Source of the DNA: Naegleria gruberi
Taxonomy: Eukaryota
Direction: 5' to 3' (one strand)
Assembly: GCA_000004985.1 (NCBI GenBank)
Contig: GG738907.1
DNA: 64,000 nt
Shown here in pieces: positions 1 to 13,020 of this stretch. Below the pieces are notes generated by a model, which had not been told where the DNA came from, ran no database searches, and saw only the letters and a program-made list of their open reading frames with translations. Position 1 is the first letter of the stretch. Each line of letters opens with the position of its first letter. The position numbers were made by a program, and so were the translations under genes.

Positions 1-2603
1 TTTTGTACTTGTTCTTCATATTCAATTAGAGATTCAGATTCTTTCTGATAAATTTGTTCTAATTTTTCTGATTGTTTTGAATATTCATCTTTATAATTTT
101 TATAATATTGTAATTTAACTTCTAATTCTAATTCACATGTAATTAAACGATCAGATATTTCTTTTAATTTTTCAGAATTAACATGTTTTTGTAATAAATT
201 TTTAGATAATATCATATCATTAGATTTAATTAATTTAACATGTTCAATTCTCTTATTTTCAATTTTTAATTTTGATTTACCAAATAATTTTTCATTTTTT
301 AATTCTAATTGTTCAATATTTAATGTTGTTTCTGCTTCCATTTCATCTCTTTGTAATTGTGAATTAAAACTAAATGTTAATTTAACTTGTTGTGTTTTAA
401 TAAATGTATTCATTATAAATGTATATTTACCAATACTATTAGATGTAATTGAACTTAATTTTAATAATTGATTAGAAGGTGAACTTGATTCAACATTTGA
501 ATCATTTTTATCTTTAATTTGACTAAATGCTAAATATATAGCAAATGATTCTCTAGCAATTCTATTACGTTCTTCTTCTTCTATAGAAGAATTAGATGAA
601 TCTAATTGAGAGGATGATGAATCATTTAATGATGATGATGATGAATTATTATTATTACCAAATATATTACTACTACTACTATTATTGGATGAATTATTTG
701 AATTATTTGAATTAGATAGATGAATTATTAATAGATGGTACAATTAATAACATGTCATTAAATAAATAAATATTATAAAAACCAAATAATCTCTTCTTTT
801 CAATTTCTCTTGAAGATTCAACATGAATAGAATTGAAACAAGTTGTAAATTTTCTATGTGCTTGAAGTAAATTATTAAATCTTCCTTTCATTTTCTCTTG
901 TAAATCAAAAACAATTTTATCATTTTCAGCAATTCTTTTAGATTCATTTAAATTTTCAGCAACTTGATTAACAATTAATAAAGCTTGTTCTAATAATTGA
1001 TAATCTATATGTGTTTCATCTGTTCTTCTTATTACTTCTTGTAATAACATTCTAATACGTGGTACTCTTTGAACTGGACATACTAAATAAGATAAAAAAG
1101 TTAAACCACAACATTCTGACATTTCATGTGTTTTTGTTAGAAATTGTGAAAATGATTTTGATGTTTTTTCTAATTTTTCAACCTTTTCAGCAACACTATC
1201 AAAATTATTAATATATTTAGAATACATTCTAAAAAAAGGAGCAAATGATTTAAATATATTACCAATTAAAATTGGATTTGTTGGCCATTTATCAATTTCT
1301 TTTTTTAAATCATTCATTAATAATTGACTTGCTTGCATTATATTAGGTAATTCACCAAATATATCATTTATATCTGAAAGTGATAAAGTTGGTTTCTTTT
1401 TAGTTTGTGCTTCATTTAGTAATGGATCCATAAATAATTGTTTACATGTTAATAATGAATTAAAATAAGTTTGTTCTGTTGTTAATATTTCTAATAAGGC
1501 TGCTTTTCTTAATCTTGCTTGTCTTACTTGTGGTGATTTACTTATATATTCTTTAAATTGCTTTTTATAGTAATATTTTAATAATTTTAATGATATTAAT
1601 TCTTTAATTTCATTATTTATATTTATATTATTATTATTATTAGAAATATTATTATTTATAATATTATTATTTGTAATATTATTATTTATAGATGAATTAA
1701 TTGATAATTTAGGTGATATTATAGTAGTACTTGTATTATTAAAAGAAGGAGGAGGTAAATCAAGTGAAGGTAAATCCATAGAAGGAAGTGCAGTTAATGA
1801 ATTTAAACGATTAGATGATGATGAGGATGATGTTGTTGTTGCTTTTATAAATGAATTAGTACGATCATGTAAAATAATATCATCCTCATCTGAATCTATA
1901 TCTTCATCATCTTCATATTGACTTGTATCTCCACCATTATAATTATAACTATTACTATCATCAAATGTTGTNNNNNNNNNNNNNNNNNNNNNNNNNNNNN
2001 NNNNNNNNNNNNNNNNNNNNNNNNNNNNNNNNNNNNNNNNNNNNNNNNNNNNNNNNNNNNNNNNNNNNNNNNNNNNNNNNNNNNNNNNNNNNNNNNNGTT
2101 CGGAATTTAGAAAATAAAGTAGTAACAGATCGAGTCTTCTTTTTATGAAGTGAAGAAGAAGATGAAGGTGAAATTAATTGTTGTACATCATTGGGTAAAT
2201 CTGAATATTCTACTTTTTTAAAATAGGTAGATGGTATTTCAAATAATTGATTATTTGATATCTCATTCACTTGATATCCATTATTATTATTATTATTGAT
2301 ATTGATATTGATATTTCTATATATAATGATGATGATGATTATTATGGAGATGACAATAATAATAATATTATTATTTAATAATGATGATGATGGTAATAAC
2401 ATTCATTACATTCATGAAAGATAATAATAATTATTATAATTTAAAGATAACACAAATTCATCTATTAAATAATAAATATAAATTTTAATAACATACTTGA
2501 TTAAATGTATAAAAGTACCCTTTGTTTTATAAATATTATTCTTATTATCAATAAAATCACTTGTTAATTGACCAAATTGATCATTTTCATCAAGTGATGA
2601 CAT
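1..2603 (-). CDS. RhoGEF (Dbl-homology) protein with C-terminal PH-like/coiled-coil region; 3' end runs off the window start and the 5' part is interrupted by an N-gap
   Basis: ORF 712..1779 (-) has a DH-domain signature (QARLRKAALLEILTTEQTYFNSLL...). The minus-strand frame across 1..711 is open to the window edge in a +1 frame relative to the upstream ORF and encodes a PH-like region (KYTFIMNTFIKTQQVKLTFSF...) followed by a coiled coil. This implies a small intron near 712..790, for which the only candidate donor I found is GTTATT. The ATG at 2603 is followed by a low-complexity Asn/Ile-rich region and a 126-nt N-run. 5' exon structure is unresolved. Confidence 0.65.
1972..2097. other. assembly gap (126 N)
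   Basis: Run of N in the sequence. Confidence 1.
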
Positions 2604-3250
2604 TTGTCAGTTGTTTTTTTATTAAATGTCAAAATGATATCAATGGTCATGTCTTCCTTCTCTCGATTTCATGGTCGCTTCGAATGACTTGAAAATTGAT
2701 CGAACGTCACTCTTTCATTTTAGAAAGTTTATTACTATTTTATATGGTCATTGATTTGGTCAACTATATTCTTAATTATCCCAATTAGAATCATGATTGT
2801 ACACTTTATAATTGAATATTTATCATTTAATATTATAATTAATTGAATATAATATTGAGAAAACATTTAATATTTATATATTTCAAAATTAAATTCAAAG
2901 TCATTTCAATTAAAGAAATTTGAGAATCTAATAAATACGATATCTCTCTCCATACATACAATTCGAGATACATTCCATTTATATATTTCAAAAGATCAAC
3001 AATAACAACACATAAAACAATAACAATACAACTAATTATAACTGAAAATAAGAAATTTAAACTACTACTATTATCACTTGAATACCAATTTAAAAAATCA
3101 AAGAAAAATACACTCAGTAATGAATTAATTACTACAACAACAATATCATCATCATCATTAAATAATTCATCATCATCAACTACTACTTTATCATCTAATA
3201 AATCACAATCAATTAATATAAATAATAGTGATAATAATAATGATAATAAT

Positions 3251-5065
3251 ATGATGATAATGGATTGGATAAATAAGAATGAAAATATTAATGATATTTA
3301 TTCACCCATTTCATCTCCTCTTTCTCCTCCTAAAATATTATTTTTATTAAATAATCAAAATAATCAAAATAATCAATTTAATAATAAATCATCTACATCA
3401 ACTTGTATTAATTTATTTAATAATATAAATAATAGTGATAATAATAATAATAATAATAATTCAAATAATAATAATATAATTGAATATTATAAAAAAATAA
3501 TTGATAAAATTGATCAATTTGATTTTGGAATATTAAATACTATATTATCATATTATTTATTAATAATTGATGATTGGTTTATTTGTAATTATTTATTTAA
3601 TAATAATAATAATTATATTAATTTATTTTATGGAAAGAAATTTAATTTTATTTTTCAATTATTTCCTTCTATTTATATTAATATTGAAAATAAATATTTT
3701 ATTAATTATTTAATTGATTTAAAACCAATTATAAATAATTGTGAATTTATTATTTTTAATAATTTAGATCAATTAAATAATTTTAATTTTAAAAAATTAA
3801 AAAGTTTTTCATATTTAAATAATTATAATATTAATAATTTAAATATTCAACATGTATTTGGTAATTCATTAAATACTTTACAAAATTTAACATTTACTTG
3901 TAATTTTAATAATATTAAAAAATTAAAATTAAATTGTAAAATGTTAGAAGATTTAGATTTTAATTCAATTAAAAATATAGAAATATTAACAATACATTTA
4001 AAATATCCAGTTATAGAAGAAAATAATTTAAATTTAATAAATTATTTAAAAAATCAAAAATGTAAAGAATTAAATTTAAATTTTAACATGACAAAATATT
4101 TAAAATATTTTAATGAATTTAATTTAATTCAAACATTATCAATACCATATTGTTTATTTAATGAAAAATTTAATTGGAAAATATTTAAATATTTAAATAA
4201 TTTAACTGTAAATTTTAATGAAAAAATTCAATTTGAAAATTTAATTTCTCAAATTGGAAATCAATTAAAAAAATTATATTTAATTTTAGATATAGATGAA
4301 TTTACAAATGATTCATTTATTAATTTTAATAAATTTTGTATTAATTTAGAAGAATTACAATTAAGTGAAATTAATTTGCATATTTCAAATGAAATTAAAA
4401 ATTCAAATTCAATTACTATATTTGGATGTGATACAATTATAGCAGATTTAATAATTTTAACAAATATTTTATCAATTAAAAATATTTATAGATTAGATTT
4501 AAAAATTAATTCAATTTATTCATTTTTAGAATTAAATTTAAATAATTTATATTTAGAAATTCAATATTTTTATAATTTAAATTCTAATTATCAATTAAAA
4601 AAATATAATAATATAAATAAAATACAAAAATTAGAATTAATTTATAAATATAATGAAAATATTAATGATTTAACATTTTTAACATTTACAAATATAGAAG
4701 AATTAATAATTAAATATGGAATATTAAATACATCTTTATTTAGTCAATTATTATCATGTAATAATATTAAAAAAATAACATTTTATAAAACTGATTTAAA
4801 TAATATTATTTTTAATAAGTTAATTAAATTTAAATTTATTAATTTTATTCAATGTAATTTAAATTTAAATTTTTTAAAAACATTTAAAGAATATTATGAT
4901 AATATTAAATTAAATAATGATATAATATTAGATGGATATTCATTATATTTAACAAATACATTAAATATAAATATTAAACAAAATAATTTAATTGATTTAT
5001 TTAATGAAATTAATTATAAACATGAATATTTAAATAATAATAATAATAATTGTATATTACAATAA
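3251..5065 (+). CDS. Asn-rich leucine-rich-repeat-like hypothetical protein (604 aa)
   Basis: Single long ORF. The first in-frame ATG is 3251, although the frame is open upstream to 2924. Repeated LxxLxLxxN-type segments (LNLNFNMTKYLKYFNEFNLIQTLSIPY...). Extreme AAT/AAA codon bias and poly-N tracts. Confidence 0.5.
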   Translation: MMIMDWINKNENINDIYSPISSPLSPPKILFLLNNQNNQNNQFNNKSSTSTCINLFNNINNSDNNNNNNNSNNNNIIEYYKKIIDKIDQFDFGILNTILSYYLLIIDDWFICNYLFNNNNNYINLFYGKKFNFIFQLFPSIYINIENKYFINYLIDLKPIINNCEFIIFNNLDQLNNFNFKKLKSFSYLNNYNINNLNIQHVFGNSLNTLQNLTFTCNFNNIKKLKLNCKMLEDLDFNSIKNIEILTIHLKYPVIEENNLNLINYLKNQKCKELNLNFNMTKYLKYFNEFNLIQTLSIPYCLFNEKFNWKIFKYLNNLTVNFNEKIQFENLISQIGNQLKKLYLILDIDEFTNDSFINFNKFCINLEELQLSEINLHISNEIKNSNSITIFGCDTIIADLIILTNILSIKNIYRLDLKINSIYSFLELNLNNLYLEIQYFYNLNSNYQLKKYNNINKIQKLELIYKYNENINDLTFLTFTNIEELIIKYGILNTSLFSQLLSCNNIKKITFYKTDLNNIIFNKLIKFKFINFIQCNLNLNFLKTFKEYYDNIKLNNDIILDGYSLYLTNTLNINIKQNNLIDLFNEINYKHEYLNNNNNNCILQ

Positions 5066-5523
5066 AATTATGTTTTATTGCATTTTTTTTGGAATTATTC
5101 AATTAGAAGTGTTTTACAATAAAAATATTAGATGTGATAATGTTTCGATCGTGTGACCAGACTCTCTCTTCATAATCTTGGATAAGTTGACAATCACTGA
5201 TTTCCCAATTCTTCTTTGATTCTACTGGTAGGCACATTTCTAATCATATATTCACAAAGAAAATGGGATGTAATATTGAACTTGTTGCAATTGAACAAAA
5301 TCCACCTTCTCTTTTCACTTGAGACTCAAATTAAATTTGGAGAAATTGTCGTAAAAGATTTGAATTTCTTACCAAAGAGCCTTTTTTTTGGAAAGGGTGA
5401 TGGTGTTGTGGGTGTCTTGTGTTGCCTTAGCAGTTAAAAAAGTGCAAACTAGCTTTTTTGTTAACTATTTTTATTACAAATATGTGAAAATTGTTTGTTA
5501 GTGAGAGGTGATCAGGATTAAAT

Positions 5524-6057
5524 TTAGAGAGCGAAAACACCCAAAACAACAGCCAAAGCAAACATAGCCAAAGCACTGACTTGATTGATAACACCAGAAT
5601 TGTAACAGTTAGTTGTTGGATAAGTGGAACAATCAGGTTGTTTGGTACCAAGTTTAGCATAATCGGAAGCACATTCAGTATTCAACTTTTCACAGAAGGA
5701 CTTGCAGACATTGATTCCATAGTTTGAAGTACTGATGAATTGTTGATTGCTTGGTGAACATTCAGCACATATTTGTTGCTTGTAATATTGACGACATGAA
5801 GATGAAACACCAAGATTAGAATAAACAGTGTCAGAATTTTTCTTACTTGTAACTTGACCAGCAGAACAACATGAGGAAGTCTTGAGAGAAGTTCCACAGA
5901 AATCATCACAATCAGTACAAGCAGTTGCATTGTATGAAATGTTTCTATTCAAACATGTTTGAGCAGAAACAACAGTGTTGAAGAATGTGACCAAGAGGAG
6001 AGTGCAAGCAATGACACATAAGAATTTGACGGACATTTTGATTTGTTTTTTTTTCAA
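5524..6057 (-). CDS. small secreted Cys-rich protein with a predicted GPI-anchor signal (177 aa)
   Basis: N-terminal signal peptide (MKKKQIKMSVKFLCVIACTLLLVTFFNTVVSA). About 16 Cys in CxxC and CC patterns. C-terminal hydrophobic tail after small residues (NSGVINQVSALAMFALAVVLGVFAL), typical of a GPI attachment signal. Confidence 0.6.
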   Translation of the reverse strand: MKKKQIKMSVKFLCVIACTLLLVTFFNTVVSAQTCLNRNISYNATACTDCDDFCGTSLKTSSCCSAGQVTSKKNSDTVYSNLGVSSSCRQYYKQQICAECSPSNQQFISTSNYGINVCKSFCEKLNTECASDYAKLGTKQPDCSTYPTTNCYNSGVINQVSALAMFALAVVLGVFAL

Positions 6058-6657
6058 TTCCTCAACAAGATGTTTTACCCTTAATAAATTTAAGGCAAAT
6101 CATCCAACCCAACCAGTTGATTATTACAATTTGTTTTGTTGTGGGATTTCTTGTGCGAACATTTCTGCTCCGATTTCTAACAAATTTAATCAAAGCCTTT
6201 ATTATTGTGTGATGTGATGATGGATACAAACAATATTCAACAAGTATACCAAATATCACAATATTCATATCGATTTGACTAAAATTGAACGAGTATTTAC
6301 TCTGTAAATATGATGACATTCTGTTTTCCACTTTTTTAAACTACCACTACGACCACATCCTTTACGACTATTCTTTGAACGTGTCATCAAAGATCTCTTT
6401 TTTTTGTATTATTAATAATTGACATGAAGTATGAAGGCTTCATGTTGAAATGGAATGTTATCAAATAAATATTTATTATTATAATTTTATTGTCTTAATT
6501 GAACACCAATTTTCAGATTTGTTGGTTTACTTGTGAGTGAAGTTTCAATTCCGATCGGATCCTTAATTTCATCATTCAATAATATAAAATTACATTTTTG
6601 TAATAATCTAATAATAACTGATGTAATTTCCATTTGTGCAAATTTATATCCCTTTTT

Positions 6658-8365
6658 TTAATAATTTGAATTTTGATATAAATACATTACAATAATATTT
6701 AAAAATATTAAACTTACAATACATCTTCTATTTCCAGAACTAAATGGAATCCATTGATGATTATTTTGTACAAATTCCTTTTCTTGTTGTGTTTTAAATC
6801 TGTTAGGATTAAATTCTTGTGGATTTTCCCACAATTTTTCATCTCTATTAACATCAATTAAATTAATATTAATTTGAGTTCCTTTTGGAATTTCATATTC
6901 ACCAATGATGGTATTTTTTTTAGCAACTATTTTATCAACTTCAAACACAGGTGGATGAATACGTAAACATTCCATGACAACACTTGTAATATATTCAAAT
7001 TTATCAAAATCATTATATGTAAATTCATTATTTCCTAATAGGGTATCAATTTCATGTTGACATTCTTTTTGAATATTTACATGTTTAGAAAGTTCATACA
7101 TTAACCATTGAAGTGATGTTGAACTTGATAAAAATAATTTAAAAATATATTAAATAAATTAAATATAGTATTAAATATATTATTGTAAAGTATTAATAAA
7201 TATATTAAATTTGTAAATATAAAACATACCTTGTATCATAACCAGCCAATGAAAACACAAGTGCATTACTCTTCAATTCACCTCTAGTTAAAACTGAATC
7301 TTGTAAATTAGCTCTAACAAGTAAACTTAATAAATCTTTTCTTTCATCCCAATCAATTTCATTACTATTAAATGTACTAACACTATTAGAATCATTATTA
7401 GAATTAATATTATTAGAATTATTATTAGATGATTGTTTAATTTCATTAATTCTTTCATCAATCATATTATCAATTGATTGACCAATATAATCCAATGCTT
7501 TACCAACACTTGTTAAATTAAGTAATAATTTATAGAGAAGAGGATATTCATCTTGTTGAACAAATCTTCTTAATACTAATGCTCTTCTCCAAACAATTTC
7601 CATATTTGAAACAAATTCATTTCCCTTATTCATTTCATTGGTATAAAGTTGATTCTTTTTTGAATCAGAATCTAAAAATGTTGGTACTGTTTTCATACCA
7701 AATCCACCTGCTAATAATACTGTCATGGTTAATTCAGAGAAATCTTCAATATTAATTTGAACTAGCTGTTGATTATTACCATTTTTAGAAATATTACTAT
7801 TAATAGAAATAGTATTATTATTTAACAATTTAATCCATCTTTCAATTAACATATCACTTGCTTGATTTGAAATTTGACAAACCAATTCTAAATTTTTAGC
7901 AGAAAAAGCAGGTGAAACAATTCGATGATGTTTCTTCCAAATTTCATGATTTGGAGCTGATAATAAATTTTCACCATAAATTCTAAAAGCCTGATAAACA
8001 TAATTAGGTTTATCAAAAGTATTAGCTTTTGTAATATTAACTTGTTTAATTAAATCTCTATCCAATAACCAAATCATATTTTGATTACACATTGATAATC
8101 TAAAGATTTTACCTTCACCTCCAAATTGGAAAGATAATTCTCTAACTTTATCAGCTGTTGTAAAATTACAATAATTTGCAATGAGTGGAATGTGAAATGG
8201 TGTATAAATTATTTGCCAATAACCTGGTATATGTTTTACTAATTTTACATTTTTATAAACTCTATATAATATATTAAATATATAAAATATTAAAATGACA
8301 AGTATGGCAATTAAAAGTGTATTGATAATACTGTATGGCAGTGTTGTTGTTGTTGTAGCTGACAT
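6658..8365 (-). CDS. cytochrome P450 monooxygenase, 2 exons (7230..8365 and 6658..7123; 106-bp GTATGT..AG intron)
   Basis: Exon 1 has an N-terminal membrane anchor (LIAILVILIFYIF). The I-helix AGYDTSSTSLQW is restored by splicing. Exon 2 has ECLRIHPPV and the heme-binding motif FSSGNRRCIG. Confidence 0.85.
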
Positions 8366-8759
8366 TTTTTTTTAATGGATGATGAACCTGCTTGCTAATG
8401 ATTGATGCACTTCATTGTGATCACAATAATAATGAGAATTGTTTTTCATTTTGTAATGAGATGAGTTGTTTGTGAATTGGTCTCTTCATTAAATTGCACA
8501 AATGGAGAATTTACCACTATTGATTGTATGACTATTTGGGAGTAAAAATCATTTTACAAATATTTCAATTATTTTACTGTAAATTGTAGTCAATACAATG
8601 GAATGAACAAATAAATTTGTTTTATTAAGGTGTTTTGGAAAATCCCTTCAATTTTTTCTCAAGAATCGAATGAGTTTCTATCCGAAAGTGTGTTAATTTT
8701 TAATGTCTACCGATTGGAATCTATCAAACACAACTATTAATATTCTATCATACCATTCA

Positions 8760-8846
8760 ACTAATTCAAAGAATAAATGAATTGATTACTTACAGTAGAA
8801 TTGAATGAAGAAACTCTATTAGAATGTTGATCATCATGTTTTTTTG
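8760..8846 (+). repeat. degenerate copy C of a ~100-nt repeat family ending in an oligo-T run
   Basis: Shares ttcaaagaat[a/g]aa..tg and gaa[t/a]gaagaaactc..aat..tg blocks with copies A and B. Ends in the T-run catgtttttttg (8838..8845). Confidence 0.4.
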
Positions 8847-9511
8847 AATCTTTATAATCCAATGGCTATGGACTTTCAATAATTGAGAATCTCAAGCAGT
8901 GGAGAATCATAAGAGTAGTAGAAGTGGAGAGTGAAACAACTCGGCAAACAACTTAATATATCCAAAAATGGAAATTAAGATGGCTACCTATGATTGTGGT
9001 TAGAGGACAAATAGGGATAATGGAATAGGTTTGGAGAATCCTTAAACTTGTTATCCTGATCATAATTTGAGTTATGTACCAAAAGAGAAGATACCTAGGT
9101 ATTAACACAATATAGAACCTAACTCCTTGAGACAAAAAAGGAATTTAAATTGATTCGTGCGAGTGAAAACAGTTCATTGATTCTGAAATAAGCTCAAATG
9201 TGCTGTTCGCATGTTTAAAGTGGGGTTCCTTCAATAATTCCATCCAGTTATTAGGAGTAGCACTCGGGCTTAACTCTATTCGAAATTAATAAGAACATCA
9301 ACCAGAAGGTAAAGAAGAATTTTGTTTTATTATCAAGTTGAGTTCAACCTCATAAAGAATAATAGTAAAGTTTTTAAAGAGTGAAATGACCTTCAAAATA
9401 GCAGGTTCTCTTTGTTTCTCTCTTTCATAATTTTAAATCAGATGCAAATTAGCATGAAGTTTGACTTTGCAATGTAATAAAGGTAATAAATTGCTAGTGC
9501 GCAGTTTCATT

Positions 9512-9635
9512 GGCCATGTGAATAAGAACTCTATCTTGCAATTCAAATTCCTCCAATTCAAAGAATGAAAATGTATTAAATATACTCAATAGAAATGAAA
9601 GAAGAAACTCAATAATGGTGTCTATCATTTTTTTT
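9512..9635 (+). repeat. copy A of a ~115-nt dispersed repeat / candidate small-RNA gene (ends in T8)
   Basis: About 88 % identical to 10224..10345 by eye (catgtgaataagaactctatcttgcaattcaaattcctccaattcaaagaatgaaaatgt...gaagaaactc..aatggtg...tttttttt). No ORF. Oligo-T 3' end resembles a Pol III terminator. Confidence 0.55.
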
Positions 9636-10223
9636 ACTAATCTGTGAAAATTTTAGTTTATCCTCGATGTTGTTTAGTTGGTAATTGGAACAATTCCAAA
9701 TGGCAACAATAATTTTGTGGAGTGCTGCAAGCACATGCAATTTACCATTTGCTTCGCTCTTTACTTCCAAATTGTTGTGCTACTTCGATTTATGAGCATA
9801 TTCGAATCATATCACATTAGAAAGAATCATGTATAAATGAATTTGGACATTGGCTCCAAATAGTTGAATGGGTAAGGTGGTTTGGTTGAATGATCATTGT
9901 TAAAATCGGTTGTTGGTTGCAGTTATTGTATTGTGAATGAAACTAACCGAAACATTCTCTGTGTTTCTCCAACATGCGCATTTGAGATTATTTCAACATT
10001 ATAATGATTCATGAGAATAAGAGTATTTATTTTCGACAGTACTTGATTTTCTTTTGAAATCTTAATGGTGAATAGTGTTCATTGTTTTTGGAAGAGAAAA
10101 AGACCTACAACGCTGGAGGTTCTCAAAGAAACTTTGCTTTCTCTTCTTCAATTATACAACTATTCGAAATCAGTTTTAACATGGTTTTAATAACTCATCA
10201 GTTCAAGAGAATCTATTCGTCTA

Positions 10224-10345
10224 ATCATATGAATGAGAATCCTATCTTGCATTTCAAATTCCTCCAATTCAAAGAATGAGAATGTGCTAAATATACTCAA
10301 TAGAATTGTCAGAAGAAACTGTTTAATGGTGTTTAACATTTTTGT
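10224..10345 (+). repeat. copy B of the same repeat / candidate small-RNA gene (ends in T5)
   Basis: Direct repeat of copy A about 710 bp downstream, with the same conserved core and terminal T-run. Confidence 0.55.
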
Positions 10346-11105
10346 TTTGTTTGGAAATTGAAGTATTTTGTTGGTGTTGGTGTTTTTTTCATTGAGGAAA
10401 TGTTGATAAACTTTATTGGATTTTGGCCAAAAACTTGCCGGCCTCGAATTGAAAAGATACGCCACAAAAATGTCTTATTCTTGAATCCACCCCAAAGAAG
10501 CATATATGGATAGAGAATGCATTCTGTTCGGTTACTGAGTGTAAAACATGAAGTGACTTGTATTATTTCCATATAAGGATCATCCTTATAATTTCTAATC
10601 GAATAACATTTGTTTCTGTATGATAGATTATGTGTTATCTTGTATAAGTTAGGAAAGTGACGCAAATGACCATTAGATATGGACACATTAATGGATACGT
10701 GAGTTTCAATTAAGTTGAAAGAGTAATTGTTTCTGTGCAATAAAGCCATTGAAATAAAGTGGCCACCATATGCTATTATCTTTCGAATAATTACAGAATT
10801 GTGAGATTCACACCTGAAAGCATGAGATTCGAAGCCAGAAAAACTGAGTTTATCTTCAAGTTAATGTTATGGATTGGCTAGGTTATTGGATAAATATGGA
10901 TAAGGAACAAAAAGAGAACTTGTTTATACTTGAACATGAAATTATTCATTTCAGAATTATCATCACTATTATTAAACATTGAACTAAATCAATGTTTTGT
11001 CTTATTAATTTATTAAGGAATATACTAAAATAATTTTTGTGAATGATTGTAAATAGTGAAATGGAATCAATGCTTCATAACAAGGGAGAAGAATCATTAT
11101 TTCTT

Positions 11106-11976
11106 TTAATTGTTATCTTCATCATCATCCTTGAACTTGAAAAGACCATATTTTAGAACACTTCTAAACCACATTCTGATATATTCGGAAGAATATTTAT
11201 CCTCATCATCCAATTCTTCATTTTCTTTTATCATTCTCTCCTTTTCTGAGTGGGCCAATTTGTTTCTTTCAATAGCCTCTTCTGGTCCTGCTTCGAATTC
11301 TGCTTCACTCATCGATTTATAATCCATATCCTTGACATGACCATGTTTAATCAAATAATTGTAGAGCTGTGGATTAACTTTAGAAATGAGTTCAATTATT
11401 ATGCTTCTGCAAGGTTGTATCATGGCAATTTCTTTGAACAAGTGGTTGTAATTGGCACTTTCAATATCTGCAATCATTGAGAATACCACAAACGAAGAGT
11501 CATCTTCGAATGTTGCCTTGTCTAATGTTAATATCACATTTTCATCATTCTTATGAATAAATGTTGTTCTTTGTACTTCGATTGCATACTTCTCTTCTTT
11601 TAAAAAAGTAATTAAGCAAGGAATATTGTTAAGAGCATCAAAGTCCATAACTTTTTCCTGATATTCAATCACTCCACTGTCCATTTGCTTTGTTCTCTTA
11701 ATATAAATAAGGCATCTTTCTATGACCATGTTGAAAAATCTTAAACAAAATATTATTTTGCATGAGAGTACCTTCTTTGGAATCATAGAAATATTCAGTG
11801 TGGTATGTAATTTCCTTTTGATCGAACATTTCTTTCCATGAGCTCTGGCTGAACTCTTCTAATGGCATGATAAAATTTAATGTGGCTTGAGACGCAGAGC
11901 TAGAAACAGTTTCGCGCAAGCAACCAAGTAAGCTAGCAGGTAATCCTGATTGTATCATTTTTTTGGTTTCGTACAA
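11106..11976 (-). CDS. hypothetical acidic-tailed protein, 2 exons (11772..11976 and 11106..11720; 51-bp GTACTC..TAG intron)
   Basis: Two overlapping minus-strand ORFs join in frame through a GT..AG intron (..FYDSKE|ERCLIYIKRTKQMD..). C-terminal Asp/Glu-rich tail. No family recognised. Confidence 0.5.
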
Positions 11977-12174
11977 TCAAAAGGGGTTTTCTCTTATCAG
12001 CCCGTTCGGAAGCATCCAATTGGATTAGGCCTTAGTAATAATACCAAAGATCAAATGTTGTGTTTGTGGATGGATCAATGACAAATTCAGTATCAATAAT
12101 TTATTAATAAGTATAAATGTTTGTGTAACTAATAAATGTATATATTTGTGTGTATTTATTAAATAAAAGAATAA

Positions 12175-13020
12175 TTATATCATTTGAATTGGTTTAGGAG
12201 GACCTCTACATCTAATTTCTCTCAAAACTTGTGCAGAACTACAACATGAACAAAATGTTCCAACACAACAATCAGTACAAGCATTTCCCTATTATTATTT
12301 TACATATTCACACATTCCATATATTTATATAAAATTATCAATATATTCCAATAATTATATCAATTCACAAATATATCCATTCACAAATACATATATCAAA
12401 TCAATTAAAATTTGAAAACCTACTTGTTGAATTCCATATAATTTTCTTGTAATATTTCTAACAATGGTTGACATTATGGTTGGAAAACAACAACTGATAC
12501 AACAAGTACACCACCAAGATGATTGATTATTTTTCACATATTTCAAAGCATCAGCATTAGCACATGGTAAACAACAACAAGTGTAACATGTTTCATTAAA
12601 ATCTCTAGCAGGATATATTTTACAATTCAATTCTTTCTGAGATTGTAATTTAGGTGTAAAAAATTTATCAGTTTCTGTAAAATTATCCGAATCTGAATCT
12701 TGTGAATCATCGTAATCAACATTTTGATGTTGTGATTCTTCATCATCTTCATCATCATATTCAACATTATTTTGAATGACAAAATATTTAGTTTCTGATT
12801 TGGAATTTGTTTTCACACTTAATTCTCCGGAGGAAAATAATCCTGAAGACCATTCCTTCTTTTTGTATTTTAATTTATTTGGTGAAAGAATTGGTTCCAC
12901 TACTTGTTGTTGTTTACTTTTAAATGATGATGATGATGATAGTGTGGAATTATCTTCGTCATCGTGGTAAATGACTGCTGACATTTTTTTTTGAGATATT
13001 TGAAATGTGATTATAATCAT
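12175..13020 (-). CDS. PLAC8 (Cys-rich, cornifelin/FW2.2-like) domain protein with acidic Ser-rich N-terminus, 2 exons (12424..13020 and 12175..12288)
   Basis: Exon 1 ends ..CYTCCCLPCANADALKYVKNNQSSWWCTCCISCCFPTIMSTIVRNITRKLYGIQQ, followed by GTAGGT. Exon 2 after AATAATAG encodes GNACTDCCVGTFCSCCSSAQVLREIRCRGPPKPIQMI, the PLAC8 C-terminal signature. Confidence 0.75.

Noticed and set aside
5524-6057. Naming the small Cys-rich GPI-anchored protein a ponticulin-family member
   Set aside because: Only the architecture (signal peptide, Cys-rich, about 150 aa, GPI signal) matches what I remember of ponticulin-like proteins. I cannot verify sequence similarity without a search.
10333-10749. 138-aa minus-strand ORF in the repeat-rich ORF-poor block
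   Set aside because: It overlaps repeat copy B and has no recognisable domain. Its composition looks like a chance ORF in GC-richer DNA, so I did not list it as a feature.
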